DNA of 64,000 nucleotides from an uncultured Candidatus Rokubacteria bacterium (lineage in GTDB: Bacteria > Methylomirabilota > Methylomirabilia > Rokubacteriales > DASRDR01), in NCBI GenBank assembly GCA_963826115.1, contig CAWGVS010000012.1:96001-160000 (forward strand), in the 5' to 3' direction. Position numbers and translations under genes: made by a program. Within the stretch, counting starts at the first letter, position 1. Every line of letters starts with the position of its first letter. The notes under the pieces are model-generated. The model searched no databases and had not been told where the DNA came from. It was given only the letters and a program-made list of their open reading frames with translations. Below, in pieces: positions 60,968 to 64,000 of the stretch.

Positions 60968-61517
60968 ATGAACTCGACCCTCCCGGCCCACGGCGTCCCG
61001 GTCTACGATCCGCGCGGCGCCGTGACCGCGACGCCCCGCCCGATCGCGCCGCGCGCCGCGCGACTCGAGGGCCTCCGCCTCGCCGTGCTCGACAACACCA
61101 AGTGGAACGCCAATCGGCTCCTGCGGAAGGCGGCGGAGCGGCTCGCCGCCGAGCACGGGCTCGGCGCGGTGCGCTACTACCGGAAGGAGAGCTTCTCCCG
61201 GGTGGCGGCCCCGGAGCTCCTCGCCGAGATCGCCGCCGAGCAACGACCTCGTGCTCACCGCCATCGGCGACTGAGGGTCCTGCACATCGTGCTGTATGCA
61301 CGACGGCATCCGCCTGGAGACCCTGGATCGACCGACCGCGGTGGTGGTGACGACCGAGTTCCGGCGCGAGGCCGAGCTCCAGCGGGCGGCGCTGAGGATG
61401 GACGCGCTCGTGCCCGTCGTGATCCAGCACCCGCTCAGCACGCTGACCGACGCGGAGATCGACGCGCGGGCCGCGGACGCCGCGGCGCAGGCCGCGCGGA
61501 TCTGGCTCGGGCGCTAG
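60968..61517 (+). CDS. UGSC-motif selenoprotein candidate (about 182 aa, Sec at TGA 61272-61274; 1-nt insertion near 61240)
   Basis: AGGAGG RBS, then MNSTLP...AVLDNTKWNANRLL...ELLAEIAA; after a one-base shift the reading continues NDLVLTAIGD-TGA-GSCTSCCMHDGIRLE...PTAVVVT-EF...HP to TAG 61517; SECIS-like hairpin follows the TGA. Confidence 0.85.
61275..61311 (+). promoter_or_regulatory. Bacterial SECIS-like stem-loop
   Basis: Stem TCGTGC (61287-61292)/GCACGA (61298-61303) with loop TGTAT (G second, followed by U), starting 18 nt after the UGA; weaker lower stem. Confidence 0.7.
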
Positions 61518-61524
61518 CGCGCGG

Positions 61525-62760
61525 GTGAGGCCCGGCGTGGCGGGGATCCTCGCGGGCATCCGGGTCGTGGACCTCACGCAGTACCTGTCCGGGCCGCAGG
61601 CGACCCTGTTCCTGGCCGGGCTCGGGGCCGAGGTGATCCACGTCGACAACCCGGCGACCGGCGACGTGACCGCCGACAGCGCGCCGTACCTGGGCCCGGA
61701 GGGCGTGTCGCTCGGCCGGCGGACGCCGGACGACCTCGGCGTGCCCTACCTCAAGCGCGCCCGGGGCAAGCGGGCGGTCACGCTGAACCTGAAGCACCCC
61801 GAGGGCCCGGGGCTCCTGCTCGGGCTGGTCCGCCGGTCCGACGTCGTGGTCGAGAACTGGACCGTGGGGACGGCGGCGCGGCTCGGCGTCGACTACGCGG
61901 CCTGCCGGGCGGTGAAGCCCGACGTCGTCTACTGCTCGATCACGGGCTTCGGGCAGACCGGCCCGGAGGCCGCCGCGAAGGCGTACGACACGATGGTGCA
62001 GGCCGCGTCGGGGCTGATGAGTCTCACCGGCGATCCCGACGGGCCGCCGACGAAGGCAGGGTCGGCGATGGCCGACACCGTGGCCGGCACGTTCGCCTTC
62101 GCGGGGATCCTGGCGGCGCTGCTGCACCGGTACCGGAGCGGCGAGGGCCAGCACGTCGACGTCAGCATGGTGGACTGTCTCCTCGCCCTCGTGCTCGACG
62201 AGTCCCCCGACGTGTGGCGGATGCTCGGCCTGCCGGGGCGCCAGGGCAATCGCATCCCGCGCGTCTCCCCGTTCAACGCCTATCCGACCGCGGACGGATG
62301 GATCGCCCTCGGCTGTGCCCATGACGCCGATTGGGCGCGCCTGCTCGAGGCGATCGAGCGCGCCGACGTGAAGGGCGACGCGGACCTCGGGACACCGGCC
62401 GGACGGATCGCCAACAACGGCCGCGTCGACGCCATCGTGGCGGCCTGGGCCCGCGAGCGCCCCACCGACCAGGCGATCGCCCGCCTGCGCGCGCACGGCG
62501 TGGCCTCGAGCCCCGTCCGCGACATCGACGCGCTGAAGGCGTGGCCCCAGCTCGCGGCGCGCGGCATGCTCGAGCCGCTTCGTCACCCCACGCTCGGGCC
62601 CTCGCCGGTGGTGGTGGCGCCCGGCTTCCCGCTGAAGTTCGGCGCGACGGAGGCGGGCTACGCGACCCCGGCCCCGCTCGTCGGCCAGGACAACGACGCG
62701 ATCTGGGGCGGCCTGCTCGGTCGGGACGTCGCGGCGCTCCGGACGCGCGGCGTGATCTGA
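61525..62760 (+). CDS. Family III (CaiB/BaiF) CoA-transferase
   Basis: LAGIRVVDLTQYLSGP, LGAEVI, RGKRAVTLNLK, DVVVEN, SITGFGQTGP, YD-QA-SGLM, AD (catalytic Asp), GEGQHVDVSM. Confidence 0.94.
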   Translation: MRPGVAGILAGIRVVDLTQYLSGPQATLFLAGLGAEVIHVDNPATGDVTADSAPYLGPEGVSLGRRTPDDLGVPYLKRARGKRAVTLNLKHPEGPGLLLGLVRRSDVVVENWTVGTAARLGVDYAACRAVKPDVVYCSITGFGQTGPEAAAKAYDTMVQAASGLMSLTGDPDGPPTKAGSAMADTVAGTFAFAGILAALLHRYRSGEGQHVDVSMVDCLLALVLDESPDVWRMLGLPGRQGNRIPRVSPFNAYPTADGWIALGCAHDADWARLLEAIERADVKGDADLGTPAGRIANNGRVDAIVAAWARERPTDQAIARLRAHGVASSPVRDIDALKAWPQLAARGMLEPLRHPTLGPSPVVVAPGFPLKFGATEAGYATPAPLVGQDNDAIWGGLLGRDVAALRTRGVI

Positions 62761-62797
62761 CGGGTCGGCCCCCGGGCCGCGCCCGCGCGGGCGCCCG

Positions 62798-64000
62798 CTA
62801 GACCTCGGCCCAGTCGCGGCCGTCCTTGACGTCGACGCGGAGCGGGACCGCGAGCGGCACGACCGTCTCCATGACCTCGGGCAGGAGCTGGCGCACCGCC
62901 GCCGTCTCGTCCTCCGGCACCTCGAGGAGCAGCTCGTCGTGGACCTGGAGCACCATGCGGCTCCGGAGCCTCCGGGCCGCGAGCTCGGGCCCGAGCCGCA
63001 CCATCGCGAGCTTGATGATGTCGGAGGCCGTCCCCTGGATCGGCGCGTTGGCCGCCATGCGCTCCGCGGCGTTCCGGACGGTGGGATTGCGCGCGCCGAG
63101 CTCCGGCAGGTACCGGCGCCTCCCGAGGAGCGTCGTGACGTAGCCCTGAGCCCGGCCCTCGGCGACCACGCGGTCGATGTAGGCCCGGACGCGCGGGTGG
63201 CTCGCGAAGTAGTCGTCGATGAACTTCTGGGCCTCCGCCCGGCCGATCGACACCGCCTGGGAGAGCCCGAAGCCCGAGAGCCCGTACAGGATCCCGAAGT
63301 TGACGACCTTCGCCAGGCGGCGCATCTCGGCCGTCACCGCGTCCGCGGGCACGCCCATGATCTGCGCCGCGGTGCGCGTGTGGATGTCCTCGCCCTGCCG
63401 GAACGCCTCGACCAGCGCCGGCTCTTCCGTGAAGTGGGCGAGGATCCGCAGCTCGATCTGGGAGTAGTCCGCGGCCACGAAGCGCCAGCCCGTCTCGGGG
63501 ATGAAGGCCTGGCGGATGCGGCGGCCGAGCTCGGTCCGGATCGGGATGTTCTGGAGGTTCGGGTTCGACGACGAGAGGCGCCCGGTCGCGGCGACGAGCT
63601 GGTTGAACGACGTGTGGATCCGGCCCGTCCGCGGGTGGATCAGCGCGGGGAGCGCGTCGGCGTAGGTGCCCTTGAGCTTCGACAGCTGGCGGTACTCGAG
63701 GATCTTCCCCGGCAGCGGGTGGCCGAGCGCCAGCTCCTCCAGCACGTCCACGTCGGTCGAGTAGCCGGTCTTGGTCTTCTTGACCGGCGGGAGCTTCAGC
63801 TTCTCGAACAGCACGACGGCGAGCTGCTTCGGCGAGTTCGGGTTGACCGCCTCGCCCGCGAGCTGGTGGATGTCCCGGAGGAGCGCGTCCAGCTGCGTGT
63901 CGAGCTCCTTCGCCAGCTGGCCGAGACGATCGGGATCGGCCCGGATGCCGATCCGCTCCAGGTCGGCCAGGATCGGCACGAGCGGCACCTCGAGCGTCTC
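62798..64000 (-). CDS. polA: DNA polymerase I, 3' part (continues beyond the window)
   Basis: TGRLSSSNPNLQNIP, ADYSQIELRILAH, AKVVNFGILYG, NAPIQGTASD, LQVHDEL. Confidence 0.97.
   Translation of the reverse strand, partial: ETLEVPLVPILADLERIGIRADPDRLGQLAKELDTQLDALLRDIHQLAGEAVNPNSPKQLAVVLFEKLKLPPVKKTKTGYSTDVDVLEELALGHPLPGKILEYRQLSKLKGTYADALPALIHPRTGRIHTSFNQLVAATGRLSSSNPNLQNIPIRTELGRRIRQAFIPETGWRFVAADYSQIELRILAHFTEEPALVEAFRQGEDIHTRTAAQIMGVPADAVTAEMRRLAKVVNFGILYGLSGFGLSQAVSIGRAEAQKFIDDYFASHPRVRAYIDRVVAEGRAQGYVTTLLGRRRYLPELGARNPTVRNAAERMAANAPIQGTASDIIKLAMVRLGPELAARRLRSRMVLQVHDELLLEVPEDETAAVRQLLPEVMETVVPLAVPLRVDVKDGRDWAEV

Noticed and set aside
61230-61245. Programmed +1 frameshift in the selenoprotein gene
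   Set aside because: No recognisable slippery site or internal SD. Other single-base indels in the window point to assembly error, although true inactivation cannot be excluded.
59075-61528. 817-aa ORF spanning the LysR gene to the CoA-transferase
   Set aside because: Chimeric shadow frame; only the segment 60968 to about 61240 is real coding, as the N-terminal half of the Sec protein.

Overview
A very GC-rich (roughly 70-75% by eye) bacterial chromosomal segment, mostly housekeeping genes: hom-lysC, rarA-ddl-murG, alaS, recA-recX, cinA-pgpA-rimO, trpE-trpG-trpS, yajQ-lolA-ftsK-rnj-rsmA-coaE and the 3' part of polA. Gene style and the giant sigma54-activator/STAND/TPR regulators suggest Candidatus Rokubacteria or a relative (inference only). 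No rRNA, tRNA, CRISPR array or transposase was seen. The best hidden signal is near the right end: a LysR-divergent three-gene operon (59862-62760). Its middle gene is missed by the ORF track and is a selenoprotein candidate, with an in-frame TGA in AIGD-U-GSCTSCC followed by a bacterial SECIS-like hairpin; reading it requires fixing a 1-nt indel. It lies between a conserved hypothetical protein with a C-terminal CxxGxC tail and a family III CoA-transferase. Other notable items: consensus sigma54 promoters in front of a membrane-protein/B12-radical-SAM pair and in front of thpR-recA-recX, an unannotated 5-Trp leader peptide with attenuator controlling trpE-trpG-trpS, a Thermus-type polyamine cluster with a coupled methyltransferase, apparent leaderless genes, and several single-base indels that are probably assembly errors. 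All product calls are from motif recognition, not database searches.
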